64,000 nt of DNA from Candidatus Krumholzibacteriia bacterium (GCA_016744705.1 JADGDU010000013.1:69709-133708); one strand, 5' to 3'. Numbered from the stretch's first letter, positions 1 to 11,100 are shown. Notes: generated by a model from the sequence alone, not told the origin. Made by a program: numbers and translations.

Positions 1-1
1 T

Positions 2-1144
2 AAATTCCACTCCAATCATTGGGGTGATGTGATGAATGTTGCGGGCTACTCGCCAGCCGACTTCATCGATCCCGAGGTGAAATACCACGAGTACACGGGG
101 GATAAAAAAGCCTACAGTTTGTACGCCAACGAGCGGTACGAAATTGTCAATGGTCTGACCCTGATGGGCGACTTGCAGTACCAGCACAAGGAATACGATT
201 TCCTGCAACGGGAAGTGGGAAACTTTGTAGGAGAAAATCGCAACGGCTACACCGTGGACTATGGCTTCTTCAATCCTAAAGGCGGAGTACACTGGCAAGC
301 TGGTCAGGTTGCCGGGGGTCAGATGGCCATGTATGGCAGCGTCGGTGTGAACCACCGTGAGCCCACGGATAACGAATTGTTCGATACTTGGGACGGGGCC
401 GATGATTTGGGTAAGGACCCTCTGTTCAACAATTCCCGACAGGTGATGAAGAGCGACGGCACTGTGGACTACGTGGAGTGGTGGGACCCTCAGGTCACCG
501 AAGAAAAAGTCGTTGATTATGAATTGGGATTTTCCTGGGCCGGAAGTTTCCTGTCCTTTAGCCTTGGTGGCTACTGGATGGATTTCACCAATGAGATTGT
601 GCCTTATGGTGGAGTTAATGAGGACGGTTATGGCATCCGGGGAAACGCAGAATCTACGTTGCACCGGGGATTTGAATTGGGCCTGCGCGCTAAAATCAAC
701 AATGAAAACTCTTTGGCCGTAGCGGCGTCCCGCAGTTGGGACGAATACGATGTCTTTGACTTCTACGATTGGGATGGCTCTTTAAGCGACTTTTCCGGCA
801 ATCCCATTGCTCTTTTTCCGGAACATTTGCTCTCTGTTTCCTGGCAAACCCAGTGGAATCCCGGCGTACGCACCCAAATCCGGGTGCGGAATGTGGGAAA
901 ACAGTATCTGGATAATACGGGCGATGAAGAGCGAATCATTGACCCCTGGACCACTCTCGATTTCTCTCTCTGGTTTGATTTGGACCAGATTGGCCTTGAG
1001 GCCCTGACCGCGGCCCAGGCTTTTATCCACGTGAGAAATATCGGAGACGTGGAATATGAGACCACGGGATACTATAATAGTGAGAACAATTACATCCCCG
1101 CGGCGGGGCGCAATTTTGCCGTGGGCCTGGACTACGATTTCTGA
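2..1144 (+). CDS. TonB-dependent outer-membrane receptor, C-terminal portion (gene continues upstream of the window)
   Basis: The reading frame is open to the 5' window edge. It has a beta-barrel-like alternating pattern and a terminal ...NFAVGLDYDF with a C-terminal Phe, typical of TonB-dependent receptor (TBDR) C-termini. Confidence 0.65.
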   Translation, partial: KFHSNHWGDVMNVAGYSPADFIDPEVKYHEYTGDKKAYSLYANERYEIVNGLTLMGDLQYQHKEYDFLQREVGNFVGENRNGYTVDYGFFNPKGGVHWQAGQVAGGQMAMYGSVGVNHREPTDNELFDTWDGADDLGKDPLFNNSRQVMKSDGTVDYVEWWDPQVTEEKVVDYELGFSWAGSFLSFSLGGYWMDFTNEIVPYGGVNEDGYGIRGNAESTLHRGFELGLRAKINNENSLAVAASRSWDEYDVFDFYDWDGSLSDFSGNPIALFPEHLLSVSWQTQWNPGVRTQIRVRNVGKQYLDNTGDEERIIDPWTTLDFSLWFDLDQIGLEALTAAQAFIHVRNIGDVEYETTGYYNSENNYIPAAGRNFAVGLDYDF

Positions 1145-1155
1145 AAGCTGAGTGC

Positions 1156-1881
1156 ATGAATTATCAAGACCCTCAAAAAGGCGGAGCCGCCAACACGTTG
1201 TTTCCTAAAACGGGGCTGCGGGCGGTAGTGCTTTGCTCCGGTCCTCCTCCTGAGGATGAACTGTTGCGCTATTGGCTCACCGGGTCTGAATTCTTTGTGT
1301 GCACCGATGCCGCTGGCCACCCTTACGACCAGCTGCCCATGAATCCGGACGTAGTCATCGGCGACTTTGACAGTCTCAGCGGCCGAGTTTTGGATGGTCG
1401 CGCGGGACCCCGCTTCCTGCAGGTGGACGACCAATACACCACCGACAGCGAAAAAGCCCTGCTCTTTCTCATAGAGCAGGGCATCGAAGAAGTGATCATG
1501 CTGGGAGCCACCGGTTGGCGCTTGGATCACACTATCTTCAATTGCCAGTTGATAGAACGTTATGCGCACAAATTGCGCATCTGCATTGCCGGACCCCATG
1601 CTGACACAGTGCGCCTGGGGCCTGGCTCCAATGTCAGTTGGGAATTACCCGCCGGATCCCGGTTCTCAATTTTGCCCATGATGGGCAATGTGTCGGGAGT
1701 GACCCTGGAGGGTGCCCGCTATCCCCTGCTGGGCGATACTCTGGAGTTTGGTGGCCCAGCCCTGATCTCCAATGAGGTTTTTGTCTCGCCGCTATTGATG
1801 TCCGTGGGCAAGGGTGCGTTGCTGGTGGCTGTGGATAGAGACAGTCTGCCCCCCAACCAAAGAAATTTCGGGGAAGACTGA
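1156..1881 (+). CDS. thiamine pyrophosphokinase (thiamine diphosphokinase)
   Basis: 241 aa with a GDFDS motif (VVIGDFDSLSG) and the overall layout of thiamine pyrophosphokinase (TPK) catalytic and B1-binding domains. It starts 12 nt after the TBDR stop. Confidence 0.6.
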   Translation: MNYQDPQKGGAANTLFPKTGLRAVVLCSGPPPEDELLRYWLTGSEFFVCTDAAGHPYDQLPMNPDVVIGDFDSLSGRVLDGRAGPRFLQVDDQYTTDSEKALLFLIEQGIEEVIMLGATGWRLDHTIFNCQLIERYAHKLRICIAGPHADTVRLGPGSNVSWELPAGSRFSILPMMGNVSGVTLEGARYPLLGDTLEFGGPALISNEVFVSPLLMSVGKGALLVAVDRDSLPPNQRNFGED

Positions 1882-1882
1882 T

Positions 1883-3235
1883 TTGGCATCCCTGGCCGGA
1901 GTGTTTTACGCACTTTTTCTGCTCTACGCCGTCGGCCGCCTTTTCCGCAAATCAGCCACCGGTGCTGTCGAATTTATTGTGGCCAGCCGCGGCCTCACGC
2001 TGCCTGCCTTCACCGCCTCATTGGTCTCCACCTGGTACGGGGGCATCCTCGGGGTGGGCGAATACACGTTCTCTTATGGAATTAGCAATTGGCTGGTGTT
2101 TGGGGTGCCTTATTACCTTTACGCGGCCGTTTTTGCTCTTTTCATTGCGAGACGGGCCCGCCGCAGCCAAGTGCTGACGGTGCCCGACCTTCTGGAAAAC
2201 AATTTTGGACGACCCGCTGCCCTGGCCGGTGCCGGTATGATGTTCATCATGACGGTGCCCGCAGCGTACGTGCTGATGCTGGGTGTGCTGCTGAATTTTG
2301 CCACGGGTTGGCCCCTTTGGGTGGGGGTGGTCCTGGGTACTGCCCTTTCGGTGAGCTACGTTTATCGCGGGGGATTGAAGGCGGTGGTGGCCACCGATAT
2401 CATCCAATTTTTTCTCATGTTTCTGGGATTTCTCATTTTGGTTCCCGTCTGTTACAGCAAATTTGGCGGCTGGGATTTTTTACAGGCCAACCTGCCCACC
2501 GGCCACCTGAAATGGGATGGCGGATTGGGAGTGCAGGCCATTGCCGTGTGGTACTTCATAGCCTTGTCCACATTGGTTGAGCCGGCTTTTTATCAGCGCT
2601 GTTTTGCGGCTAAATCGGAGAAGGTGGCCAAGCGTGGAATTTTTGCCGCCATCGGTTTGTGGATGGTCTTTGATTTTCTCACCACTACGGCGGGCCTGTA
2701 CGCCCGGGCTTTGTTGCCCGATTTGGCGAACCCGGTGCAGGCTTTTCCCGCCCTGGCTGCCCATGTTTTGCCGCCCTTTTTTCAGGGAATTTTTACCGTG
2801 GCGTTGTTGGCTACGATTATGTCCACCGTGGACAGTTATGCCTTCATTTGCGCGGTGACTTTGGGACGCGATGTGGTGGGGCGTTGGCGGGGGAAATTGG
2901 CTGATGATGAAGAGCAATCGTTGCCCTTGATTCGGATGAGTTTGACGGTGACGGCTGTATTGGCGGTGGCTATGGCCTTGCTATCGGAATCGGTGATTGA
3001 TTTGTGGAAAATATTGGGGTCTTTGGGGACGCCGGTTTTGCTGGGGCCGATGATGTTGGCTCATAAGGGAGTTCGGCTTTCCGGTGGAAAAACGGCGCTG
3101 GTGATGGTGGGCTCTGGCATGACTGCGGCGGTGTGGTTGTTGCTTGGTGGAGGCGATGCTTGGCTTGGGGTAGAGGCTATTTTTCCTGGATTGTTATTCA
3201 GTGGTTTGGGTTTGTGGTGGGTCTCTCGTTATTGA
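1883..3235 (+). CDS. polytopic membrane transporter, probably sodium:solute symporter family
   Basis: About 12-13 hydrophobic helices and a W/G-rich motif (STWYGGILGVGEY) reminiscent of the sodium:solute symporter family (SSF). The start is uncertain: the ORF opens at 1814 and overlaps the TPK 3' end, and a TTG at 1883 immediately follows the TPK stop. Confidence 0.5.
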   Translation: MASLAGVFYALFLLYAVGRLFRKSATGAVEFIVASRGLTLPAFTASLVSTWYGGILGVGEYTFSYGISNWLVFGVPYYLYAAVFALFIARRARRSQVLTVPDLLENNFGRPAALAGAGMMFIMTVPAAYVLMLGVLLNFATGWPLWVGVVLGTALSVSYVYRGGLKAVVATDIIQFFLMFLGFLILVPVCYSKFGGWDFLQANLPTGHLKWDGGLGVQAIAVWYFIALSTLVEPAFYQRCFAAKSEKVAKRGIFAAIGLWMVFDFLTTTAGLYARALLPDLANPVQAFPALAAHVLPPFFQGIFTVALLATIMSTVDSYAFICAVTLGRDVVGRWRGKLADDEEQSLPLIRMSLTVTAVLAVAMALLSESVIDLWKILGSLGTPVLLGPMMLAHKGVRLSGGKTALVMVGSGMTAAVWLLLGGGDAWLGVEAIFPGLLFSGLGLWWVSRY

Positions 3236-3244
3236 TCCTTTAAT

Positions 3245-4804
3245 TTAGGGAGCCGTGAACAGAATGGGGTTTCCCGACAAAGCCGCCTCACTCTGGCTCA
3301 TCTCGTCAAAAAGCCGGGCCCGACCCTTTAGCATCCAGTCTACCCGATAAACTTCCTGATGATGGCTGGCGGCCCGTTCGTACCATCGCGAAGCAGAGCG
3401 GTAGCGCCCATTGCGAGCCTTGATCTCGCCAACCCTGGCCGAGGCCACCATACGGAACGGCTCCCCATGGTCCGGTCCTTCCCAGGTGGCGACCTTACGG
3501 TAAAGGCGTTCAGCCTGATCCATTTCATCCATTCGTAAATAACATTCGGCAGCGAAGTAGGTGGCGCGTAAAGACGAGTCGGCCATTTGTTGCAGTTGGG
3601 CAGCGATTTTGGGCAGGGAGTCGGCATGAGTGGTCCATACGGCAGCGACCAAGTTGTCGGGCACACCATCGGCACGGTCGGCGGCCAGTTCTACAAGTTG
3701 GCGTTGGGCGAACTCGGTGACCCAATCAGGTCCGGCGGGAGCTGCGGCCACGATGGATTGGAATTCTTTTTCGGCCGCTGCGGGTCCAAGCAGCAGGCGG
3801 TTGGTCCAGGCCTTGTAAGTGCGGCACATCCAAAGGGAGGGATTGTCCACATCTTCAAGTGGCCGGTTGGCTACCATGGCTTCAGTCACACCGATGCGGG
3901 CATCCAGATCTCCACTCAGGGATGGCGCCAAGAGTCGAATAATCGATAAGGGGATGGCCAGACGCACGTAGGCCGGATATTCCTCCTGCAAACTGAGTGC
4001 TTTGGGCAAACCTTCCTCCCAGCGTCCTTCAAAGAACACGTTGACGGTCATGGCCAGAGTGCGGAAATCCTCGGCTTTGGGACTCGGTTTGGTTGCTGCC
4101 AATTCAATCATATGCAGGCCCTGGGCGCGGTCACCGGACGGCAGGAATAAGAGCTTGGAGAGGAGTTGGAACACTTCGGGCACGGCATCTGTGAAGTAAA
4201 GGAAAGCGCCCAGCAGTCCATTGGCTACGGGGTCTTCAGGATGGCTTGCCAGGATGAATTCGAGATCATCCTTTCCGCGTCCTGCTTCACGGCCGGCTGT
4301 GTAGAAGCTTTGGCCCTGGGCATGAGTTTGGGACCGGAGCATCCATGCCCAGCCACGCAGGCGGCGCAGTTCGTGTTCGTCACCCCCGTCATCCAGGCGA
4401 CGGTCGCAGATGTCGATCACCTTTTGCAAAGTCTCCAGTACGGGCTCGCTCTTTTCTTTGGCGACGGATTTGTCGAGGTCGTCCTCGGGTACGGCCTCAA
4501 GCAGTAGCCGCGCTCGGGCAATGAGAAAGAAGGGTTCGCCGCCACATTCGCTTTCAAGGGAATCGAGCAGGGCTTCAGCGGTGCGTTGGTTTCCGCTGTA
4601 GATATGGGACAACAAATGGGCATATTCGCTGTCGGCAAGGTCACGGGCTTGGGTCACTGGGGCAGCGAACAGGAGGATCAATAAAACCGGGACGGTCCAG
4701 GGGAATGCTTTTTCTGGTTGGATCGAGGTAGCGGTTCTGGATTGATGGTATTGCATAACTCTTTCATGCCTTTGCTCGTTAGTTTCAAAACCATTATATG
4801 ACAT
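3245..4804 (-). CDS. hypothetical membrane-anchored or exported helical protein
   Basis: 519-aa ORF with an N-terminal hydrophobic segment (WTVPVLLILLFAAPVTQA) and a Leu/Ala/Glu-rich helical composition. No motif I can assign. Confidence 0.45.
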   Translation of the reverse strand: MSYNGFETNEQRHERVMQYHQSRTATSIQPEKAFPWTVPVLLILLFAAPVTQARDLADSEYAHLLSHIYSGNQRTAEALLDSLESECGGEPFFLIARARLLLEAVPEDDLDKSVAKEKSEPVLETLQKVIDICDRRLDDGGDEHELRRLRGWAWMLRSQTHAQGQSFYTAGREAGRGKDDLEFILASHPEDPVANGLLGAFLYFTDAVPEVFQLLSKLLFLPSGDRAQGLHMIELAATKPSPKAEDFRTLAMTVNVFFEGRWEEGLPKALSLQEEYPAYVRLAIPLSIIRLLAPSLSGDLDARIGVTEAMVANRPLEDVDNPSLWMCRTYKAWTNRLLLGPAAAEKEFQSIVAAAPAGPDWVTEFAQRQLVELAADRADGVPDNLVAAVWTTHADSLPKIAAQLQQMADSSLRATYFAAECYLRMDEMDQAERLYRKVATWEGPDHGEPFRMVASARVGEIKARNGRYRSASRWYERAASHHQEVYRVDWMLKGRARLFDEMSQSEAALSGNPILFTAP

Positions 4805-4880
4805 TTTTAGCCAATACTATAGAATGATTTTATTGTTGTTTATTATGCAGACTGGAACTCTCTGTCCCATTTGCTCAAAA

Positions 4881-4920
4881 CATCAAAAACAGCCCCCCCC
4901 GGGGGGTGCGGTTCTTGATG
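4881..4920. promoter_or_regulatory. nested inverted repeat CATCAA-N-C8G6-N-TTGATG in the divergent promoter region upstream of addB
   Basis: Seen directly in the sequence: catcaaaaacagccccccccggggggtgcggttcttgatg. The core is a perfect CCCCCCGGGGGG palindrome flanked by CATCAA/TTGATG arms. Confidence 0.3.
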
Positions 4921-4948
4921 TTTCACTACCACTCATCGGCGGTTTTGC

Positions 4949-7900
4949 ATGACCTTTCAGATTCATCGGGCACCTATAGAAGAAGACCTTCTGGCTCATC
5001 TTGCCAAAGACTTAATGCTGGTTTGTCCGGATAGTTCCACGGGCGACTTCAGCAGTGCTTTGGTGGTTTTACCATCCAGCCGCGCCTGCCAAACCTTGGG
5101 CCACCTCCTCTTGGAATCTCATACTTCCAGCACACTCTTGTTGCCCAAAACCATCACCATGACGCAGCTCATTGAAGAGCTGAGCCTGGCTGCTGGTCTC
5201 AAATTCGGTGATATGCCTGATGATTTGGTCCGTCCATTGGTATTGGCTCATAGCCTGCGCAGTGAAAGTTGGTTGGAAGATCGCCCCGAAAGCGCGCCTG
5301 GTTTGGCCGAAGAATTTGTCGGTCTGTTTGATGAAGTTCGTCTGCATGATTGCACGGAAGCTGTGTTGGAGGACGGACCCATATCAGATTTACTCTCCTT
5401 GGTTAGCCCCGCCGCCGCTGCGGATTTGGAAGCCGATTTGCTGCGCATCCGACGGGTGTGGCAATTATACCGAGACTGTCTTGGCCGAGACAAGGTGGAC
5501 GCCTTGTGCGAAATCGCGGCAGTCTTGAATGATGCCACCCCCAAGCAGGCAGACCTGGGGCCGGCTTTTGCTTTTGAAAATCTGATGGTGGCCGGTTTTG
5601 CGAATATGGATCCGGTGCGGGCTACTTTACTCAAAGCTCTGGGCCAAAGGTCCACTGAGAGTCGACTTTATCTCCCGGAAACCTCAACGCCGTTGGCCCG
5701 CTTTTTTGCCGACACCTGGAGCAATGCGGCAGCCGATGGGGGGCTGGACCCAATGGCTCCTTCACGGTTGGTGGCTAGTCTTTTGATGCCTGAAATAGAG
5801 GCGCTTCCAGAGGAAAAGGAGCGGCGAACCCTTCGGGAAAAAGTGGCCCAACTGGAGTCTGACGGCGGTACCATTCCCGATGATGGCCCCCTTGAATTAT
5901 TGGCCTGCGGCACTTCCGAAGATGAGAGCCGGGTAGTGGCCAACCGGGTGGTGGAAATTCTTCAAAAGCCAGAAGGAAACAAGGAAACCACGGCGGTGGT
6001 GACCAATGATCCGGTGCTTGCGGCCAGAGTGGTTGCCCAGTTGCGCGATGCTGGAGTGGATACGGATCAAACTTTGGGCTCCCCTTTGTCGTCCTTGCCA
6101 GCTGGCTTGTTGCTGCGGTTTTTGCTACGCACCGCCCTGTCGGATTTCCGATCAGACAGCTTGTTGGAAGTTCTCACACATCCTTACGTCAAGCTGACCA
6201 TGGCCGATGGCAAAAGCCAAAAATGGACACTGCGGCTGGAAAAAATGCTGCGCCGACATGATGGTGGTCAGTTGGGATCTGCTGGAATGATCAAATTGGC
6301 TGCTGAACGCGATGGCTCTGCCCTGGAGCTCTTTGGTAATGACAACCCGGGAATGAGCGCCTTTGTGGATTTATTGCTGGAGGCCTTCAAGCCTCTGACG
6401 GTTTTGACTGGCAAATCTGTCCGGTCTTGGGGGGACATGGTTCCCGCTATAATCAAAGTGTGGAATAATCTGAGCCCTGAAGAACCCCTGGAAGAGAACA
6501 AAGAAAAGAGTGATATCACTGCCGCAGCCCGTTTGTTGGGCCGGTTGGTGGACAACGCCTCTTTGCTGCCCTTGGCTCGTCTGGGTGAGTTGTCGGCAGA
6601 TTTGACCCGGCTGCTGTCGGCGGAAAGTGTGGCGCCGCATCGGGGAAAAGCGAAACCCGTTCTGGTCACAGGGACAGTGGAAGCGCGACTGGAAAAATTC
6701 GACAATTTGATTCTGGCTGGCATGGGGGAAGGAAAGTTCCCGGCACGGGGACGGCAGCCGTTGTTTCTGAATTCACGCCTGCGTCGATTTTTGAGTCTGC
6801 CTGATTGGCGGCATTCTGCCTCCCGCGATGCAGCCCTCTTTTTACGGTTGCTGTTCAACGCTCCCCATGTGTTGGTGACCTGGCCAACGGAACATGATGG
6901 CCGGCTGGTCTTGCCTTCGCCTTTTGTAGCCCGGCTGGCGTTGGCTTTGCCTGGACAGAAAGAGCCGAACAAGGCAGCGGCGGTTCCTTTGTGGCGCAAA
7001 ACAAAGGATACCACGGAAGATTTCTTATCCGCTCAGAGTGATTTCTCTCAGGAGGACCTCGCCCCCAGGACTACAGAGAAAATTCGCCCCCTCAACAATC
7101 TGAGTTGGTCTGCCTTGCGCCAGTGGCGTGAGTGTCCTTACCGCCATCTGTTGGGCCGGGGTTTTGTGCTGCAGAAGGAAGAGGAAGTTCGGGAAGAATT
7201 TGGACGGCGGGAATATGGAAGTCTGGTGCATCAAACGTTGTGTGCGTTTTTGGAGCCAGGGAGTGAAGGGTACAACGCCCTGCTTGGCGGGCACCACCAG
7301 GAAGCCCGGGCCGCTTTGAGAGATTGTGCCCAGGCGGAATTTTTGGAAAAAGGGGATGGCACGGCCGGCCGCCGTTTATGGCTGGCGAATTTTCTGAAAT
7401 GCGTGCCTTCGTTAGTGGACTTCGAGGTGCCGCGTTTTAAAGACTGGCGGCCAGTGTTGTTGGAGAAAAAATTCCAACTGAAACTGACGGATTTGTTGGC
7501 CTGGTTGGAGAAGGAAAGCACGGCAGGAAATCTGAACCTGGTTATCCCCGAGGCGCCTGCGTCAGGCCCGCCCATCCTTCTGCGTGGAGCCATCGACCGG
7601 GTGGATGAAAAGGTTACCGACCTGGATTCCAGCCGGCGCCTGGCTGCTATAATAGATTACAAAACGGGTAAATTACCCCATCCCAAAGATATCATCGAGT
7701 TGAAGGATTTACAGATTCTGCTTTACGCCGTGGCCTTGGAGATGGGGGGGGTGCAGGAAGATGCTCCTGCTAAGTGGGTCACGGGGGAAGGTTTCTATTA
7801 TGAAATAGGTGAAGCTCAATCCGGTCTGGCCAAAAATCCTCATTTGCCGGACGCCCAGGATGGCGGCCGGGGAATTTTAATCGAAGGGGCCCTGGAATTG

Positions 7901-8101
7901 GCCAGCTTGGCCTTGGGTGCTGCTGACCCGAAGCAGGAATTTGGCCTCATCCCCATGGAGATTGCTGGTGAGGGCGAGAAAGATTTGCCCTGCCGGTATT
8001 GCGAATTCCGTGGAGTGTGCCGACTGGAAGATCGAGAACTGCCTGAACCAACGGCTTTGAAGGTAGACAAAATGGTTAACCGAAAGGAAGGGGCCTGGTG
8101 A
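4949..8101 (+). CDS. addB: AddB-type helicase-nuclease subunit (degenerate helicase, RecB-family nuclease with Fe-S cysteines)
   Basis: 1050 aa. The C-terminal PD-(D/E)XK motifs are GAIDRVDEK ... IIDYKTGK, and a Cys cluster (CPYRHLL ... CRYCEFRGVC) flanks the nuclease as in AddB Fe-S domains. No N-terminal Walker A, as in alpha-proteobacterial-type AddB. It overlaps addA by 4 nt. Confidence 0.7.
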   Translation: MTFQIHRAPIEEDLLAHLAKDLMLVCPDSSTGDFSSALVVLPSSRACQTLGHLLLESHTSSTLLLPKTITMTQLIEELSLAAGLKFGDMPDDLVRPLVLAHSLRSESWLEDRPESAPGLAEEFVGLFDEVRLHDCTEAVLEDGPISDLLSLVSPAAAADLEADLLRIRRVWQLYRDCLGRDKVDALCEIAAVLNDATPKQADLGPAFAFENLMVAGFANMDPVRATLLKALGQRSTESRLYLPETSTPLARFFADTWSNAAADGGLDPMAPSRLVASLLMPEIEALPEEKERRTLREKVAQLESDGGTIPDDGPLELLACGTSEDESRVVANRVVEILQKPEGNKETTAVVTNDPVLAARVVAQLRDAGVDTDQTLGSPLSSLPAGLLLRFLLRTALSDFRSDSLLEVLTHPYVKLTMADGKSQKWTLRLEKMLRRHDGGQLGSAGMIKLAAERDGSALELFGNDNPGMSAFVDLLLEAFKPLTVLTGKSVRSWGDMVPAIIKVWNNLSPEEPLEENKEKSDITAAARLLGRLVDNASLLPLARLGELSADLTRLLSAESVAPHRGKAKPVLVTGTVEARLEKFDNLILAGMGEGKFPARGRQPLFLNSRLRRFLSLPDWRHSASRDAALFLRLLFNAPHVLVTWPTEHDGRLVLPSPFVARLALALPGQKEPNKAAAVPLWRKTKDTTEDFLSAQSDFSQEDLAPRTTEKIRPLNNLSWSALRQWRECPYRHLLGRGFVLQKEEEVREEFGRREYGSLVHQTLCAFLEPGSEGYNALLGGHHQEARAALRDCAQAEFLEKGDGTAGRRLWLANFLKCVPSLVDFEVPRFKDWRPVLLEKKFQLKLTDLLAWLEKESTAGNLNLVIPEAPASGPPILLRGAIDRVDEKVTDLDSSRRLAAIIDYKTGKLPHPKDIIELKDLQILLYAVALEMGGVQEDAPAKWVTGEGFYYEIGEAQSGLAKNPHLPDAQDGGRGILIEGALELASLALGAADPKQEFGLIPMEIAGEGEKDLPCRYCEFRGVCRLEDRELPEPTALKVDKMVNRKEGAW

Positions 8102-11100
8102 TGAAGAACTCAGCGGCAGAACAAGCATCCATCATCCAGCGGCAGGCCTCGGACCCCATGATTTCTGTGGCGTTGAGAGCTTCCGCGGGAGCGGGGAAAA
8201 CTAAAGTCCTGGTGGACCGTTTTCTTCGATTATGCATTGAAGAGACCCGGGCCCGGGCGCATCCCCGGTCCATTTTGGCCATCACTTTTACCAAAAAAGC
8301 GGCGGTCGAAATTCAGGAACGATTGCTGGAAGCGGCGCGGGAATTGGCTCTGGCCGATGATGAAAAGCTTCACAGCCACCTAACTGATCTCTTCGGCGGT
8401 CGTCCCGTTAAGGATTCAGAATTGGCCCAGGCGGCCGGTTTGTACGAGCTCATTCTGGAAGATCTTTCAGGCTTGAACGTGGGTACGATTCACAGCTTTT
8501 GCCAACTGATTCTGGGCCGGTTTGCGCCTGAAGCTGGTTTGGATCCTCATTTCACCGTGCTCGATGATAATACCGATTTGGTGGAGGAAGCGCTTGATCT
8601 TTTGGAGGAAGAAATCAGCCTGGATGCGGACCTCAGTGGTGCGGCTCGCCTTTTGGCCAAAGACCCTTCTGGGGTGCGCCGGCAATTGCAGGACACTCAC
8701 CAACAAGGCATGCGCCTGAACCGCTGGTTGCTTGCCAAAGTGCCTGATTCTCCTGATGGGTCGGTACTCCCAGCTTGGAAGCGTTCCCAATTGTTGCCAG
8801 CCCTTTTGGAGGATGTGAGGAGATTTCTCTTCCCGGATTTGCCGGTGGAAAATGAAGTCACCATTCTGGAATTTTTGCCACTTTTAGAAGACTCTCTGGA
8901 GCGTTTTTTAGACCAGGGTTTGCAGCAGGTGGCAGACGATATGGGGGCTGACCTTCAAACCTCCATGGCCGGAGTGATCAAGAAAATCAAAGCCAAAGGA
9001 TTGCCTCTGCTGGACGAGTTGAGGGCTATGGTTGTCGAGTTTGGGCAACCCGATTCCGAAGATCCCGGCAACTTCACCAGAACGCGCCGGGCCACAGAAT
9101 TGGTGAAGCGCATCCAATCGGTTTTCCTGACCCAGAAGGGCACAACTCTCAAACATTCCCGGGTGACCAAAGAGGGAATGGGAGAGGTTTTTAACACCTG
9201 TGTGTGTGAGCAATCTCTGGGAATGCTCACCCTGTTGCGCATGGTGAATTTGTTAGAACTCTATCATGTGAATGCGGCCCTGCTGACACTGATGATGAAG
9301 CTGATGGATATCACCGACAAGTTGAAACGTCGCGATAGAGTTGTCGACTTTCAGGACCTCGAAGATATGGCCTGCCGCCTTCTGGCTGACGAAGGCCGGG
9401 CCCTTTCTCTCCTGCACCGCCTGGATGATAGCCTGAATCATATTCTGCTGGATGAATTTCAGGACACTAATTTCAACCAGTGGGATATGATTGAGCCCTT
9501 TGTTTCTGAATTTCTGTCCTGGAACCACGATAAAACCACCAAGACGGTTTTTGTGGTGGGGGATGTGAAGCAATCCATCTACAGCTTCAGAGCTGCTGAG
9601 CCAGAATTGTTTGCCACAGTGGAAGAACGTTTGGGCGCCCTGAATTTGCCCACGAATTTTCGCAGTTTGAAAGGGGTGGTGGACAGCGTGGGGTGTGCAT
9701 TCACCCACCAACCACTCAAGGGATTTTATTCCGATGCGGAAAGCGAGTCGGCCCATCAAAAGTGTTTCAGGGATGATGGAGAGGGAACCACGGTTCTGCT
9801 CCAACCTTATGCCCCCGAAGAGGATGAACTCCGAAGTGGGGACCAGTTGGCTGCCGACGCTGCCGCTCGTTTGGTGCGCAATTTGGTGGATGGTAAAACA
9901 CAGACCCGTCAGGGCAAAGGACCGGGCACCCGTGATTTGAATTGGGGCGACATTCGTATCCTCTGCCGCACCAGAACCGAAATTGCTGTTTATGAAAAGG
10001 CCTTCCGGTCTTTCAACATTCCCGTGATGCCAGCAGGCCGGGGAATGTTGGCTGCCAGCCGGGAAATACAGGACATTTTGGCCCTGTTGCGCTGGTTGGT
10101 GTACCCCGCTGACGATGTTGCGCTGGCCACTGTCCTGCGCAGTCCCATTTTCCGGTTTAGTGAAGCCAAATTTCAGAAAATTTTGGTCCAACGAGAGCTG
10201 CACCGAAAAACGGATGAGGGTAAACTGCTGCCGCCCTTTGGCCTGTATTCTACTTTGTTGAAATTAAAGGAAGATCCAGAGTTTGGTTCCACCGCGATGC
10301 TTTTAAGTAAATGGCGCGACCATGTGGGCAGGGAAGACAGCCATGATTTTTTACGGCGCATTTTTCGCGAAGGGCGCCTTCTCGAAAAATACCAAGCCGC
10401 CGGCGATGATCAGGTGCGGCACAACCTGACTCGTCTCTTTGATCTGGCCCTGAGTCCCGAAGTGGCGGGCACACCCACAGTGCGCCACCTCAGTGATGTC
10501 ATTGAAAGGGCCGCCCGCCGAGGCACCGAAGAAGAGGCCATCATGCCCGAAGAATCCGGGCGCGGGCGGGTGGTATTCATGACCATTCACGGAGCCAAGG
10601 GATTGCAATCTCCAGTGGTGTTGCTGGTGGATGCGGATCGCAAAAAATCGAGCCGCAGGTCAATGTTGCGTTTGCCTATCCATGGTGAAGGTGAGCCGCT
10701 GCTTTTCAAGACAAAGAAAGCCCACACCGATGGCATCCAGCTTATGCATGTGGGGGCGGTTGATTGGGCAGAGCACCCCTTGCAGGATGTGGCTCGTCTG
10801 GCTGATCGCAGCGACGAAGTGGAGTCGGCCAATTTGCTCTATGTGGCCATGACCCGAGCCGAAGAACAGCTCTATATTTTGGGAGCCGACAAAGCCCGCG
10901 GGCAAAACCATGTGAGCATGATGAGCCAGGTCAGAGATGCGGCTGAGGCCGGCCAATGCACCTTGATTTCTCAAGAGGATCCTGAAGGATTGAATCGCCC
11001 TGCTGAGGCCATGGACCAGGGGCCCAATGATTCGGATTTCAAAAAGACTCCAGTGTCGTCATCAAGCACTGCCACCAGTGAAGAGACGGCTTGGACTCCG

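Noticed and set aside
1132-1599. 155-aa minus-strand ORF overlapping the thiamine pyrophosphokinase gene
   Set aside because: Antisense to a gene with the diagnostic GDFDS motif. No features.
4830-4890. Possible sigma54 promoter (TGGAAC ... TTTGCT) upstream of addB
   Set aside because: The GG-to-GC spacing is about 19 nt instead of the required 10-11, so it does not fit the -24/-12 geometry.
9253-10203. 316-aa minus-strand ORF inside addA
   Set aside because: Antisense to a well-supported helicase ORF, with no motifs.
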